From Trichoplax adhaerens (Eukaryota; Animalia; Placozoa), in the NCBI RefSeq assembly GCF_000150275.1, contig NW_002060945.1, forward strand, positions 3,371,172 through 3,435,171: a DNA stretch of 64,000 bases, read 5' to 3'. Below the pieces are notes generated by a model. The model saw nothing but the letters and a program-made list of their open reading frames with translations. It ran no database searches and was not told the origin of the DNA. Shown here in pieces: positions 1 through 14,094 of the stretch. Both the position numbers and the translations under genes were made by a program. Positions within the stretch are counted from its first letter, which is position 1; every line of letters begins with the position of its first letter.

Positions 1-1696
1 CATTGACCACTACGAATATTGCAAACTTTCAGATGGCCATGGCCAGTTAACAAAGCAATATAAGTAAACGTTGGGCATACACAAGCATCCACAACTTCTT
101 CAATGGATTGATAATTGGCTAAAGAGCGAAATTTTACAACAAACATGACGGAAAATATGAAGAGGATCCAACTGGCAGCGATGGACTAGCCAGCTAGAAA
201 TAGTGATAGGGGACAGTAATAGCCTCTAATGACGTCAACAACGTATTGGCGTCTCAACTGTAGTATGGCTTCAACCTTTTATTGTGACGTCATCCGTCTA
301 AAATCGACGTGTTGATAGTGTTGAATTCATGACTGTGAAAGCCATACTAACGCTATGTAGACTCTGTGTGTGGACATAGTGGGACAAGTTGTCAGTCACA
401 CCGAGCCAATATTGACATCAGCAACGCGTCGATAGTGCACTGTTTAATTTATGACTCTTCAACGCATAATAATACTATTAGAGACGGTGTTGATAGGCAA
501 TCCCAAAGGGATAAATCGATACGGGGTTAGGCTAGCCAGCCAGTCAGAGGAGTGAACATTTACATCAATATCACCATTGGCCAAGACAGTATTTAGTTCA
601 AGATTGTCAATTCTATAATAGTATAATTTCACTTTGTAGCATAGACACCTATACTAGTAATAGACAGGTATGGAATTGCAGTAAGAAGTAAGAAAATAAA
701 CGCTAAACAACAGTGGCTGAGGAAAATCTCATGATGCAAACTACCTGGTACCAGTACCCTTGCGGACCACAAACAGACAGACAGACGCCGCATGAGGACA
801 TTCATAACTCATAAACGTGCCACTCCGGCTGACCGGCTGCTCATTGTGCAGCTGTAAATTGCAAGAGCTCCCCCACTCGTCGCTGGAGTTTGCAAATACG
901 GAGCTAGTGTTATTGCTGTTAGACGTAGACCATCTCAGAACGAAAGAAAAAGATGACTAGTAATTTATCAAGTATACTGCTACGACATGGAAGCAAAGGT
1001 AACTACTCTTATTTTCCATATGTAGCCACAACTTTCTTCGTTATCTTGTAAAGAACGGCCAATATCATGATCGATACATCTGGGACCCATGGCAATGATG
1101 GCATAGCAAGCGGAAAGAACAGTTTGTGCAGCAATGCAGCTCATATATTGCTAGTTAGGAGATTAAATCAAACTAACTACAGTGCTTCGACCTTTTAATC
1201 AATGATTTACTATAAATCCACTCTAAGACGATACTGTACAGTCAATTTCTTAATTAATATTGAAAACTGTACAACGACCTATGTGTAGTAATCATAGTTC
1301 ATTTGCTTCCTATTGGACGTATATGTCGACATCCTGGATTACAATTCATCATTACTGTATCATGCTTGTTAAGATAGATCACAAAAGTATTGATTAGCAT
1401 GCTTATATTGTCTTGTTTCAAACAACAAACGATCAAGTAGTAATCATACTATAGCAGTATCATATAGTGTAGTCTTTTACAGAGATATTGCAATTCTTGA
1501 ATTATAATGACACTGTAAAGAATCACTGCATCTTTTGCAAGATCATGAACGATCGCCTCTCAAGGACTGTAATCGAATCCCCGATCCAACCATTTCATTT
1601 ATAGAACTCATTAATACAGTAGAATGACTTTTGCTCGTCAAAAAATACTCATAAGGATTGATGTTATTCTCCTTTTTTATACTGTCATAAGGATTG

Positions 1697-3042
1697 ATGC
1701 TGCGATCTACTAGCACTATCAGGTATTTATCAAGTTCGGTGAAAGTATCCAAGGATTTGCTATTGAAATTGCGTAAACGAACTGGCTTTGCAATTAGTAA
1801 ATGTCATGCAGCACTTGCGCAACATAATAACAATCTTGACGAAGCTGAAAACTGGTTATCTGCTCAAGCCGAGAAAGAGGGATGGGCTAAAGCTAATAAA
1901 TTGCAAAATCGTAAAACTGCAGAAGGTTTAATAGGAATATATTATAAGGAACCATATGCAGCAATGGTCGAGGTATTAATTTATAACCATAATCGCGTTA
2001 TAGCTAGTGTTGCTAATATTTCAAAAGTAGTATCTACTGGTGCCAATTTTTTTGTCTGCTCGCTCATAAAAACTATAACTTTATTTACAAAAATGATGCT
2101 CTAAAATCTCAATCGATACTTACAGTATTGTGCATTGTTTATTCTATCATATTAATCTTTAGGTCAATTGTGAAACTGATTTTGTTGCCCGTAATGAAAA
2201 TTTTCTTAATCTCTTAAACGATGTTGCTTTAACAACTTATCACCATGGAAGTAAATCCATACAGAATACAGGTATTGTAATATCAATTTCTTACGTTCAC
2301 AAAAATAGAATGATATAAGATTGCAGTTGATTCATTGCATAAAACGACTACATTCGTTTTAGTCGATATGGTGCTTATAAGAGTCGCCAACCAATATTTT
2401 TGTATAGTGTATAAGTTGATCGACCTATCCTATTTATTCAAGTAAAAATAGTAATATTAGATCTTTTCCTTACCATAAAATGAATTATTTACATGCTATG
2501 CTATACTACTGCTTAAATCATTAGATATCGCCACAATGATTCGATACAATTCCGAAGAAATCGGCAACCTGACAACCCATGACTCTCAGCGAAGTTTGAT
2601 TAATATCACTGCTGCCACTATTGGAAAGATAGGCGAAAATCTTATATTACGAAGGGGAATATTTGTTGCCGCACCGGCTAACGGCATTTTAAATTATTAT
2701 ATCCACTCGGTTGGAAAGCAAATTAGTTCTGATTTGAATGTTGGAAAATACGGTGCTATAATTGCGTCAGAAAATATAGACAAAAGTCAATCGACGAGTG
2801 AAACCTCTAAACTTCAACAACTCAATTTGAGTCGTCAATTATGCCAGCATGTTGTTGGCGTAAATCCTGTTCGGATAAGAAGGGATGCCGCAAGAAGTGA
2901 AATAGATGAAGATGCCCTATTAGATCAAGCATTTTTGTTAGATAATAGTGTCCAAGTTGGAGAATTAGTTGAAAGAGAAAACCTAAGAGTGTTAGATTTT
3001 GTTCGTTATCAATGTGGAGAGGTGGCTGATGACATCGATTAA
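1697..3042 (+). CDS. TSFM: Mitochondrial translation elongation factor Ts (3 exons)
   Basis: Exons 1697-1972, 2163-2271, 2525-3042, GT-AG and phase-consistent. N-terminus is presequence-like (MLRSTSTIRYLSSS), followed by EF-Ts motifs LLKLRKRTG..CH.AL...NNNL.EA..WL, R.TAEGLIG, EVNCETDFVARN (across the exon 1/2 junction), KIGEN..LRR, LCQHVVG.NP, LL.Q.FL.D and DFVRYQCGE. Confidence 0.95.
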
Positions 3043-3925
3043 CTGCTTAAAATGCATCTAAATACAGTAGTTTAACAGTCATCAAAATGAATAGTCCAAT
3101 TACTCATACATAATACAGTAATAGGATTATTTGAATACTGAATATATGCACTACCTACAAGCATTTAAATCTTAAACTGATTAACAAATTCAATTTTTTA
3201 AGGATTTATACAATAAAATCTTTCCCAGAGTCGCCGTTTCTAATTTAAAAGTGTCAAATCAAGTCGACCAAAATCTAATCCGATTCCCTCAAAATTGTGC
3301 AAATAAAAATCATCGAAGTGATTGACTATTTGCAGAAATTTGTAATGTGTATTAAATTTAAATTGATCTAGATGCGCCCAGGCAGTATTTGCTTTTACAG
3401 TTTAATCGATAAAAATTTTCAAAGGATTTGTGATATTTGAAAATCGTAAATGTTGTACACTGATATGGAAAGCGTATTGGGTGTTTAATATAAATAGGTC
3501 ATTCATTTCTTACACTTTGAATGAAGGTGTAAAAAAAGTTTCATCTCGGGAAAGTAATAACGAAATGGCAATTTGCATAGGTATTTACCACCATACCATG
3601 TAAATTGTGTGCAGTTGGAACATAATTGAATGAACATAGATAGCCTTAATAATGACTACTATTTAGACTTGTATAATTTCAATATCGGCACAGAATATAA
3701 CTGAATTTATAAGCATGCAGCACATGAAATGATAAAACTTTCCTCCTAATTTCTTATTGAGAACACAATCATGACGTTTCGGTGTAAAATCGGTCATTTT
3801 ATTTAGCCAAAACTTACAGCATCGATTTTTACAGCACATTAATTCAATCTAGTTAAACACAAAATATAACACTAAGACGAAACTTGCAATAAATAGCATA
3901 CTGTAAGCTATAGAAAAAGGATTAA

Positions 3926-6598
3926 TTATGATTTATTGTTGAGAGCCGTATGAATTTGATTCATTGGGTTATCAGGAGATTTTTGCCAATTTTTCTTAAC
4001 TAACTGTTTGACTTGCGATAACCGCAAATTCGAATGCTCTTCTCGAAGTCTCGGTAATTCTTGTTCTTCATAAGCAGTATAGGCTGCTTTTAATCTTCTT
4101 TCTGGATGGCGATCGATTTTACCTTCTGATATACTTAAAGCAGTAATGGCATCTTCTACAGATCGTGCCTCTACAATATTGCCTTCAGCTACTTCCTTTG
4201 CAATGACATGATTGATATTTTCTTCTAATTCATTCGATACTTCCTTGGCTGAAATCGATACAAATAAGCGAAAGTAGTCAGTAACAAGATAACACTCGTA
4301 TATCGTAGAAATTATCACCTCCAATTATACTTGCACCGATTTATGGATTGTATTCAAAGATTCAATATTAGTAAATTTTCGGTATACAGTACGGTATAAC
4401 AGAAACAGCATAGCAGTATAGAAGACAATGATTGTACTAGCTATTGACGGTAAGCTGTTACAACAGTCGGGATAGAAAATGGTGTCCTATACTGAATTTA
4501 CTAGAAAACGTTATGCTAATTAATTGAATTGTACTAGTAGATATACATTACTGGTAGTACCGTAATATGTTTAGAAATTGACGACTTTGCCTATTTCATT
4601 CCTGCGATGAACCTGATAAAGTAACGCTACATGTAGCATCTAAAGTGGAGTGGGTTCTTTACGACAATAAAACATCATTGGTAGGGAAAAGTGTTGAAAT
4701 ATGAAGAGATCTATAATAGGTATTTACTTTGATCAATACCGTACAACTAGTGCATTGTGATATAATTACCAAAGTACAAAGTACGAAAAGGTATACGGTA
4801 TACAACTTTGCATGGCATCCAATGCAATCCATCTATCCATATCAACAAACCTCGTTCTTGGGCCTTATTCCTATCCCTGATTTCTTTATCCTGAATTTCT
4901 TGAATTTTCGCCCTTGTCATTTTAGGGCTGGGATTTTTTCCACTAGGAGAAAAATTCTTTTCTTCCTCATCCAGAGCAGTTTTATTGGCTAATTTCCTTT
5001 CTTTCACTTCACGTTGCTTCCTTTCTTTATCAGCCTATTTGGATAAGTTTCATTTAAATTGAATGTTATTCCTACTAACAGATAATACTGTGGATTACAA
5101 GAAAATAAAGCTTATTCTCAGCAAGTTTGTGAAAATACATATATAAGATTAATTTCATATTTTAAAAAGTTACTGTACCGTTAATAATTACTTTATAATT
5201 AATATTATATAAGTGTATTACTGTATTGGTAGTGTGCATAATTTGTAAATATAAATAAAATTGCTCTAATAACTAATTAATTATATATGTTCTCATCACT
5301 GCTAAATGGCCAGAACATACTCGTATACAATTTGCTTGCATATAACATAGGATATTTTATGGAAATTGAGATATAGTAAATTAATTTTTATAAATATTCA
5401 AAGGTATATTATCCTCCCATTAGACTACAATCAATTCAGTATGAGCAATAGCCGCGGTTGCAGTATCTACGGTAAAAAATTTGTTGCACAACAATCCAGT
5501 ATAAATATTAAATATTATGAACACATTGAAGCATTTGGGTCTTTTTTTACAGGCAGGTAATCAGTCATTTCTAACTAAGGTGTGCGAGATATTGGGTTTT
5601 TGACGTGTAGCCAATGAATCCTAAGTAAGAGAGCCAAAAGTCTTTTGTACAGAGTACTGTATTTTAATGCAGTTATTTAGATAATAGAGGTGAACATTTC
5701 AGTGATTCCAATTCAATACTGAAAAGATGATACCCGAGGAAACAAAATGCTATCTGCAACTTTGACTTTCTTTCAATATCCAAGTTGATAGTAGCGTCAG
5801 ATTTGACACTTTCCTTCTCATTCTTTGGCATAATGTCAAATCAATTCGTGCAAGGACACTGATCGCAATGTACAGTAGTCCTACTTAGTATTAAGAATGT
5901 CAATCAAGGAATCTGTTATCTCATGGATAGCAGTATCAAGAATCAGCCGAGTACCATTGAACTCTCTAACTTGGAGTTTTATCTACAATTTGATGGTACT
6001 GTAACCAACTTTGCTCAACATCTACTTTATAAACAGCGATGGATGATTCATTCGTGTATCCAATTTAAGGAAATGCAGAAATTGATGATAGGAGTTTCCC
6101 CCCCCCCCCAAAAAAAGAAGAAATGATAATAATAATCATAATTACTCGTCTATAATCAAATCCATTATAACAAAAAACGGAAGAATGATAGCGTGGCATT
6201 GCATTCTCTCTCTTTCAATCCATTTCATTCTGAAGGCAGCTGCAGTATTGTGAATCATTGATATCCAGTTTTATTATAATATAGAATTGGAATTGATTCT
6301 TTATCATGCGCAGGCTATCAAAGATGCTGCAGAACTTGGATAGTAAGCACTCTCTGCATCATTTGTCTGACTGTATAGAAGTGAATTGGACGCCATAAAT
6401 CGATTACTATTGGATCAATAGGATCGTTTAAGCACGTACCTTACGTGAAAGCTTTCTCAATACCAATTTATCATCTTCTTGCCATAGAGCATCTTCTGCT
6501 TCTTCTCTTCTCTTCACTTCTGATGCTTCTCTGGCAGCAGCTTTCCTCGACCGGGCAGTTTCCGCTTTGGTGTTGGTTCCTTTAAATTTTTTGGGCAT
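3926..6598 (-). CDS. CCDC124: Coiled-coil domain-containing protein 124 (Lso2-like ribosome hibernation factor), 3 exons
   Basis: Exons 6598-6440, 5034-4851, 4248-3926, GT-AG. N-terminus MPKKFKGTNTKAETARSRKA...EDALWQEDDK. C-terminus ARSVEDAI.AL...DRHPERRLKAAYTAYEEQELPRLREEHSNLRLSQVKQ...K.WQKSPDNPMNQ is the CCDC124 signature. Confidence 0.95.
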
Positions 6599-6699
6599 TT
6601 TGATTCATTCTCTCCTATGATCGTTGTTGATCAGTTGACAACAATAACAGGACCGCCTTAGCGCCACCACTATAGACCCACTGTGGTACTACAGTAGTA

Positions 6700-7447
6700 C
6701 TAGTATCAGTATCAGCGGCAGTAAGACCATACAGATACAGTAGAGGAAGAAGGAGAAAACACCCAACCGCCAAGGAATCCTGATCGTGTACAGTACTGTG
6801 CACTGTACACCGTATCCTATGTACTGTACACTGTGGAACACCGTCCAAACAGCACAGTACAATGTCTTGTAGGATACTAGAGTACAGTACTGTACAGTAC
6901 ATGGCAGCAGCCCTGGGCAAATAACCCACTTACAGTACTGTACACTAGTATCAGTATCAGCGGCAGTAAGACCATACAGATACAGTAGAGGAAGAAGGAG
7001 AAAACCAACCAACCGCCAGGAATCCTGATCGTGTACAGTACTGTGCACTGTACACTGTATCCTATGTACTGTGCACTGTGGAACACCGTCCAAACAGCAC
7101 AGTACAATGTCTTGTAGGATACTAGAGTGCTGTACTGTACACTATACACTGTACATGACAGCAGCCCTGGGCAAATAACCCACTTACACTGGTATCAGTA
7201 TCAGCGGCAGTAAGACCATACAGATACAGTAGAGGAAGAAGGAGAAAACCACCCAACCGCCAAGGAATCCTGATCGTGTACAGTATAGTATTGTGCACTG
7301 TACACTGTATCCTACATACTGTACTGTACAGTACAGTACTGTACTATGCACTGTGGAACACCGTCCAAACAGCATAGTACAGTACAATGTCTTGTAGGAC
7401 ACTAGTGTACAGTACAGTACAGCAACCCTGGGCAAATAACCCCACTT
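6700..7447. repeat. Tandem direct repeat, 3 x ~245-255 bp, immediately upstream of CCDC124
   Basis: The unit start GTATCAGTATCAGCGGCAGTAAGACCATACAGATACAGTAGAGGAAGAAGGAG recurs at ~6703, ~6948 and ~7193. Each unit ends in CCCTGGGCAAATAACCCCACTT-like sequence. Copies differ mainly by (TACAG)/(TACTG) pentamer indels. Confidence 0.95.
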
Positions 7448-7714
7448 GGTGAAAACCAATTCCAGTATACTGTACAGTATAGTAGTCTGTTATGTTAGAT
7501 GTTCATAAGTCCCGTGTGGCGTTATTACTGTACTGTATGTTCTCTTACCTCCATCAGGTTGTTTTTGTGTTATTTTAGTAGTAATTTTAGTCATCATCTA
7601 CAACGAAACAGTGATTCCAACCAGATACAGTGCTGTAGACTGTACGGTAAAGAACTACTGGATGATATCATAACAGGTTAAATTACCTCTTCCATTCAGT
7701 AATATTCACTGCCA

Positions 7715-8480
7715 TGTTAGTACCCACTGCAGAAAGCTCAAAGCCATATTGATTGGCGACTATACTGGTACTGTACCACATCATGAGCAAAAGTAATGTC
7801 GCTAGATTGAATGACTAAACTAATATCTACACTAGATGAAATGAATCCTATGGGTGACATCATTTTACGTACCTATCTCGCTTAACGCCACTTTGACTGT
7901 CGACTGTATTAGTACTGTACCACATCGTGAGCAAAAGTGATGTCGTAAAACTGAATGGCTAAACTACTAGCTACACTATAGTGAACTGAATCGCTATGAG
8001 TGACATCATGTTATGTACCCATCTCGCTCAACGCCATATTGACTGTCGACTATACTAGTACAGTACCACATCGTGAGCAAAAGCGATGTCGTAAGAATGA
8101 TGTCTAAACTACTAGCTACACTAGAGTGAAATGAATCGCTGTAGGTGACATCATTTTACGTACCCATCTCCCATATTGACTATCGACTGTACTGGTACTG
8201 TACGCGTCGTGAGCAAAAGCAATGTCGCTGAAGTGAATGGCTAAACTACTAGCTACACTATAGTGAACGAAATCGCTATGAGTGACATCATTCTACGTAG
8301 CCATATTGACTGTCGACTGTACTGGTACGAGTAGTACGTACTGTAGCACATGGTGAGCAAAAGTAATGTCCCCAATCTAGCTCGCTAATCTACTAGCTAC
8401 ACTACAGTGAAATGAGTGGCTATAGGTGACATCATTTACGTACCCATCTGGCTTCAACTACAGTACACCGGTACCAGATA
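7715..8480. repeat. Degenerate tandem repeat, ~5 x ~143 bp, each unit internally symmetric
   Basis: Anchor GAGCAAAAG at ~7785, 7929, 8075, 8211 and 8355. Consensus CCATATTGACTGTCGACTGTACT.GTAC.GTACCACATCGTGAGCAAAAGTGATGTCG..AA.TGAATGGCTAAACTACTAGCTACACTATAGTGAA.TGAATCGCTAT..GTGACATCATTTTACGTACCCATCTC. Confidence 0.9.
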
Positions 8481-11400
8481 TGATGACTCATTTCTTGTAC
8501 TTCAGTTCATGCTCAAACGTATCATTCAGTTCTATAAGACACTATGACGTAAATAATATGTTGAGGATTGTGTATAGAAAGAGAATACTACGCACTGTTG
8601 TTGATATCCAATCCATGTGGACTGCTTGACTAGCGCCATAGCGAAGTAACCGGTAGCGCTATACACTAGCCTATACTCTCACCTACTGTAAGCGTAGGTC
8701 TATAGCAAGAGTAGAACTTGAGTAAGCTCAACCGGCAAATTCCCTCCGTCCAAGAGCTTTCGGATCCAACGCCTAAACGCCAATTGCTCTTCTATTAATT
8801 TATTCAAATTCAAATCCCATCATCATTATTCTCTCGATAGGGAATGCGTTAGGAGTAAATCTAGCAATCACTGCCCCTAAATCAAGCCAAGAGATAGCAT
8901 TGGACTAACTGCAAGTACCATTGAAATAGTAGACAATCTTGAGATATTAGCGTAACAGGATAACGAGATCGGCTGTCGAGACTGCTGTTGCCATTCATCG
9001 ACTATCCATTCAAATCGTTGCCATTCCGATCATCATCTTAAACTATTTTCAACTTTTAGTCCACCATTTTTAGAAGCCATCGCATCAAATTAGGTAAGAG
9101 ATAGGAGATAGACCCTTCCAATGGATCCAACGTAGTCGATCATAAATACCTCAAATCTGCAGTAAACGTAGAATAAAATGTTGTATTTCAGGCGTCATTG
9201 CAACTTCTAAAATGTTCCGATAGGCTTGTATAAGACTAAAACGACAAAGAGCAAGGATCGTTTTCCATCTATCTACTCCCATACCATGCAATCATCGTCC
9301 ATCATTTTGCCATACTATTAGACTACTAAGAATAGGAAATGCTTCAATAACTTTGATCGTCAGTGAAGAACAGATAGCGACAAGAATAGGATACTAGAAC
9401 GCTGACGACTAAGCGCAGTTTGAAGAATAGGCCAACACTATACTCAGTACTGTAGTGTATATCGATAGACTTGGATTGAATTCTCCATTATCAATTCGAC
9501 AATAGTTCAAATAGTATAAATGCCTCAATCGCATTTTTATAAGATCCTTTTCCATAAAATAGGAGGGATCTTGGTAGAATTCAATTTATAATTCAATATT
9601 GAAATACGATACTGTACAATCTTGCTAACCCATTCACTATAGATAATGCTCGTATCTACTCATCCATTTCGTATCTAATCCTCAAACTAGGATAGGCGTT
9701 ATCGATATCCTACGGATACAATCTGCTATCCAATAACTGCATGTGGTCCGGCAAAGTCATCAATAATGAATATAACCAACACAGTTTGATGGCAAATTTA
9801 TCAATCCATTGCTATATAAAATTGAAGTATTGATCGGTATGCATCAATCACCCATTCTACATCATCATATATTAATTAATCAATCTTTACTTGCATTTCA
9901 TCATGGAGGAGGATAAAATCTCTTACCAGGCATCATTTCAACCTCTCTCCAGATCAACACCAATAAACAAACTGCCGGCACTACAGCAAAGCACTATTTT
10001 AAACCTCTCTCGATCAACATAAATATACAAGCTCTCGGCACTATAGCGAAGCGATTAGGCCGATATCAAATTCAATCTATCTACTAATCCTACGCTTGAC
10101 AATGGATGCTGATGAATTTAGCGAGGAAAAAAATAATAGCTTAATCAGATCGAAAAATGAAAGCCATCGCGTGGATATGATCATTTTCGATACCCTAAAT
10201 ACCATAGGCAATACCACTGTAAATGCCTATCGAACATTTCCCTACCGTTCTATTTCTGTCCTACCAAGCTCATCATTTACAGAAACTGTAGATACGAGTA
10301 ATTTTCTGATTGAGACGTGCAACCAATATTGAAACTACGATATACAGTTGGCAGTTGGATAGCTTATGGAAAATTCACCTTTGGGATACTGTATAACTAA
10401 CTCCTATATGGTACTGAATAGTACTGTATGTGTCACGATGATAAAATTGAAAGGTATCGTTATTGATTGTAGTTTCAAAATTTGTGGGGAAGAATACAAT
10501 TATGATTAACAAAAGCTTAAGAAACGCTCTAATATTTAACGTTGATGAATAGTGATTTTGTCACTTCAGATGGGTGCTAGTTTCGTTTCCGTCAGCCATT
10601 AATGCAAAATACTGTAGTATATCCATAGTAAATATGGCGATAGCCGATTGATACTCGCCTAATAAATGAATCAGTGCAACCTAGGTAGATTTGATTGATG
10701 TCTTTTTGAAGAATTATTAATCACAATCGATGGGTATAATCCCTATTAAAGTTGCATACAGGCATTGAATAAAGGCGAGCGTTAGATTGCGATCATAACG
10801 TCTACAGTAAAATAAACCTATCTCCCGATTGTAGCACAAATATTAAGTACTAATATATTTGAAAGCCTGCTGTGGTAGAATAGTTTATTATAAAAATTTC
10901 ATCTATTTTTGACTCCATGACTCGTTGAGTGGCCAATCCTTACTAAACGATGTTATCCGTTATCATCACTACATTTTCCTCCTACACGAGTATTTTACTA
11001 CCCATTTTCAACGCGAAAAGAACTGAAATCAAGTAAATTTCATCTTGTAATATACAAGAAACTATTTTCTTTTTTCCTTCTATCCCTCCAATTTGAATAA
11101 CTAAAGATACTGCAACATGATGTATAGTTCATTCCATGAACTTGTCTAGCAGCAAAAAAAACATAGTAAGTTAAGTAAAGTTTTCTGTAAAGTATATGTT
11201 ATACACTTTGAACACGCAGGTTGGCATAAACGTAGGCGCTTTCTTATGATTAATCCCTTTCAATTTCGAATTGCCAATAGTCAATATCAATATTTTTCCA
11301 CTAATCGAGTTACATTATTTCATTATTGTCTATGTTTATACCACCTATGAGGAGAGTTCATGGAAGTAAATTCTACTTCATATAGGGCAATAGCAATGGT

Positions 11401-14094
11401 AGAACCTATGATTGTGAACTCGCAATATACTCTTATCGCGACAGAGGGAAAAATCAAGGGAAATAACTTTTAAACTTAAGCAGAGTAATGGATATATATA
11501 TATATATGTAGTAGGAAAAAGTAGGATAGCCTTGACGATCCAAGCGGAAACTTTTCATTACTCTTTACGACATGACAAATAACACGTACAGTACTTTGAG
11601 CTAAAATTATTGTAGGTGATCGTGTCTGTCATAACTATTCGAATAATTTCCGTGAATGTCTACTCCGCAATCGAATAATGATCATGATCGAAATGATCAA
11701 TAAAGGGGCGTAAAATAAAAACTTTTTACTAATTCTATTGCAGTAGCTGTCAACAATGGATCGATTATTTTAACGCTGGGTGTTAATCAAAATAATATAT
11801 GTACTATGCACTACTACTTTATTGAAATTGCTGTCTAATAAATCAGTAACAATGTTCAGTATTTTTATAGACCATTTTATGCTTGCTCGATTTCAAAAGT
11901 AGGCCAACGCCATCAAACGCGCTATTCGTATTATCAATGTAAATGATTTAATCATTTGAAAATGAAGCATCAAATTAGATAAAGATTAAAATCAGACTGG
12001 AATAGAATTTTTACCTACTTTCTATATCACTTAATTCCCTATGTCAATATTGTTTTCATACAGAAGGCCCAAAAACGGCCCCAAAATATTTGGTATGCTA
12101 TATCGACGTAGTTTGAATTGAACTTAATTTACTCGACGATTAATATCCAAATCGGATTTGTCAATTTACTGGGAATATGCGGTAAACTGCTTCCATCCAG
12201 CTATGTTAGTAATTCTACCCAACCGTTGACATCATTTATGATCCCATATTAAAACTAGTAATGGCAAAATTGAACATGTCAATGACCAGCAAGGCAGAGT
12301 TGATGAATAATTGTAAATTCGTTGAAACATTTATCAGCTTGAATAGCTTTTAATTTGATCGTTACTTTAAATGTAAATACTGTAATTTCTATCTCCCTCT
12401 CTCTCCTACCAACTTAGACAGTGTAGAATAGATTAGTTTTAGAAAATTGGCAAAGTCCAAGCCATTAATGTACATCAGGGCTATCGGAAAAATGAGAGCT
12501 GCTCGCAGGAATATGACTACATCACAACTCAGTTAGCTAAGCCGATGATTCGTGATTTCCGTCTGGCCTGAGCGCTTTCGTCTCTATAATATCATTATTT
12601 ATTTAGCTAATCGATCAATGCAGTTATTTATACGTCGATTAAAACTAGGAATAGTTCTAGACCGTCAACCTACAATATAAGCGTATTAACTTTTTACATT
12701 ACCATGACAAAATTGATTAAATCAACGCTTCGTTGTCAATGATTACCTCTTAGATGGATAATATCAACATACAAAATTTACACTAAGACGCTATATACAG
12801 CACTGTCTATTGCTACATGATCAATTGATGATCGTATTTCTTGCTTGGATAGGTAAAATATTTCATAATTAATGACTCGTTATAATTAAATTATCTCCGC
12901 GATAAACTATAGAACGAATAATTACTTTCCTAACTGATCATTCGATAGACCCTTATGATATCATCGTTATCATGAACATGAAACGCAACTGCTACTATGG
13001 TTTAGGAGTCTTTAAATTGCTCTATCACTTATTTACCCTCTGAATGGCTCTTTATTATAAAATCCTGGTCAACGTATGTTTTGTCGTTGTTTTTTCATAT
13101 TGTATATAATTAGAAATCCCCAACCAGATTTGAATGAACCCAAGAACAGCTTTTTATAAGGGATATACTGTAAATGAATAATAGTCAATAACAAATTTTC
13201 GCTAGTCGAAATATTGACATTCAAATGAGGTTAAAAGAAAGAAAGAATTTCTAAAATTAGTTCAATAAAAATCACTTCATCAATGTATAACCTCTGTAAA
13301 CACACAGAATAGATATCCTGGCATGGGTACATTTTTGTAAAAATGTATCTATATGTGTATATTATATCTTTCCGATAGACAAGTCTTGAACCATCGTCTT
13401 TTTCCTCATATAAAAAATAAATGCTATTTGTTAATGACAAAAGATCCGAAAATAAACATCAATTTTTTAAAGAAATTGTAGTAGTATTAGCAGTAGATAA
13501 TAATATAAAATAGCTCTTGCTAATGTAATGTCAAAGTAGTACAATTTCAATTATCAACGTATACATTGGCAGCAATTTATTTTGGAAAGGGGAAGGAAGT
13601 GAAAAATAATCAGCTGTTCTATCATCTAGTCAATAATTTAACAGTTGTCATCGTTATTTATCCTTGCGTAGCTTACAATGGTAATTATTGTTTTATGGAA
13701 AAAATAGAAATAGAATATATCGTTGTCCGTATTTGTTATCGTTGAGTAGGCAATAATTATAATTGTACAAGAGATTGCTAAGGGTTTTGCATAGTTTATG
13801 ATCATATCAGGCTAGAGAAAAAATTGGAATTGTTTTACTTTCTGGCTATCCAATACCTATAATAATAAGTAAAATATCCAAATCTTCAATAAGTATTAGC
13901 TAATAGGACAGTCAAAATCTAGCTATTAGAGCTAAAAGGCAATACTATAGCCAATCCATAATTTCATGACTACTGCATACCTGTAAACTCTATCATTCGT
14001 AGATATTCTTCTAATAGTAACCTTGGGACTTTCTATTCTTCTACTAATATTGCATCGTATTATATTCTCTTGGCTAGCTAATATCTTGTCAGCA

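Noticed and set aside
5673-5832. MPKNEKESVK... short ORF inside CCDC124 intron 1, resembling an alternative first exon
   Set aside because: Similarity is limited to MPK and there is no good in-phase donor site.
6615-7459. Four minus-strand ORFs rich in C/T/V/Y/Q with a signal-peptide-like LLLPLLYLYGLTAA
   Set aside because: They are translations of the 250-bp repeat and TACTG/TACAG pentamers. Frames shift between copies and most lack a true ATG.
14023-14094. Hydrophobic N-terminal extension of guanylate kinase
   Set aside because: It has a TTG start and an acceptor-like CTCTTGGCTAG within it. An upstream exon is possible but cannot be supported from sequence alone.
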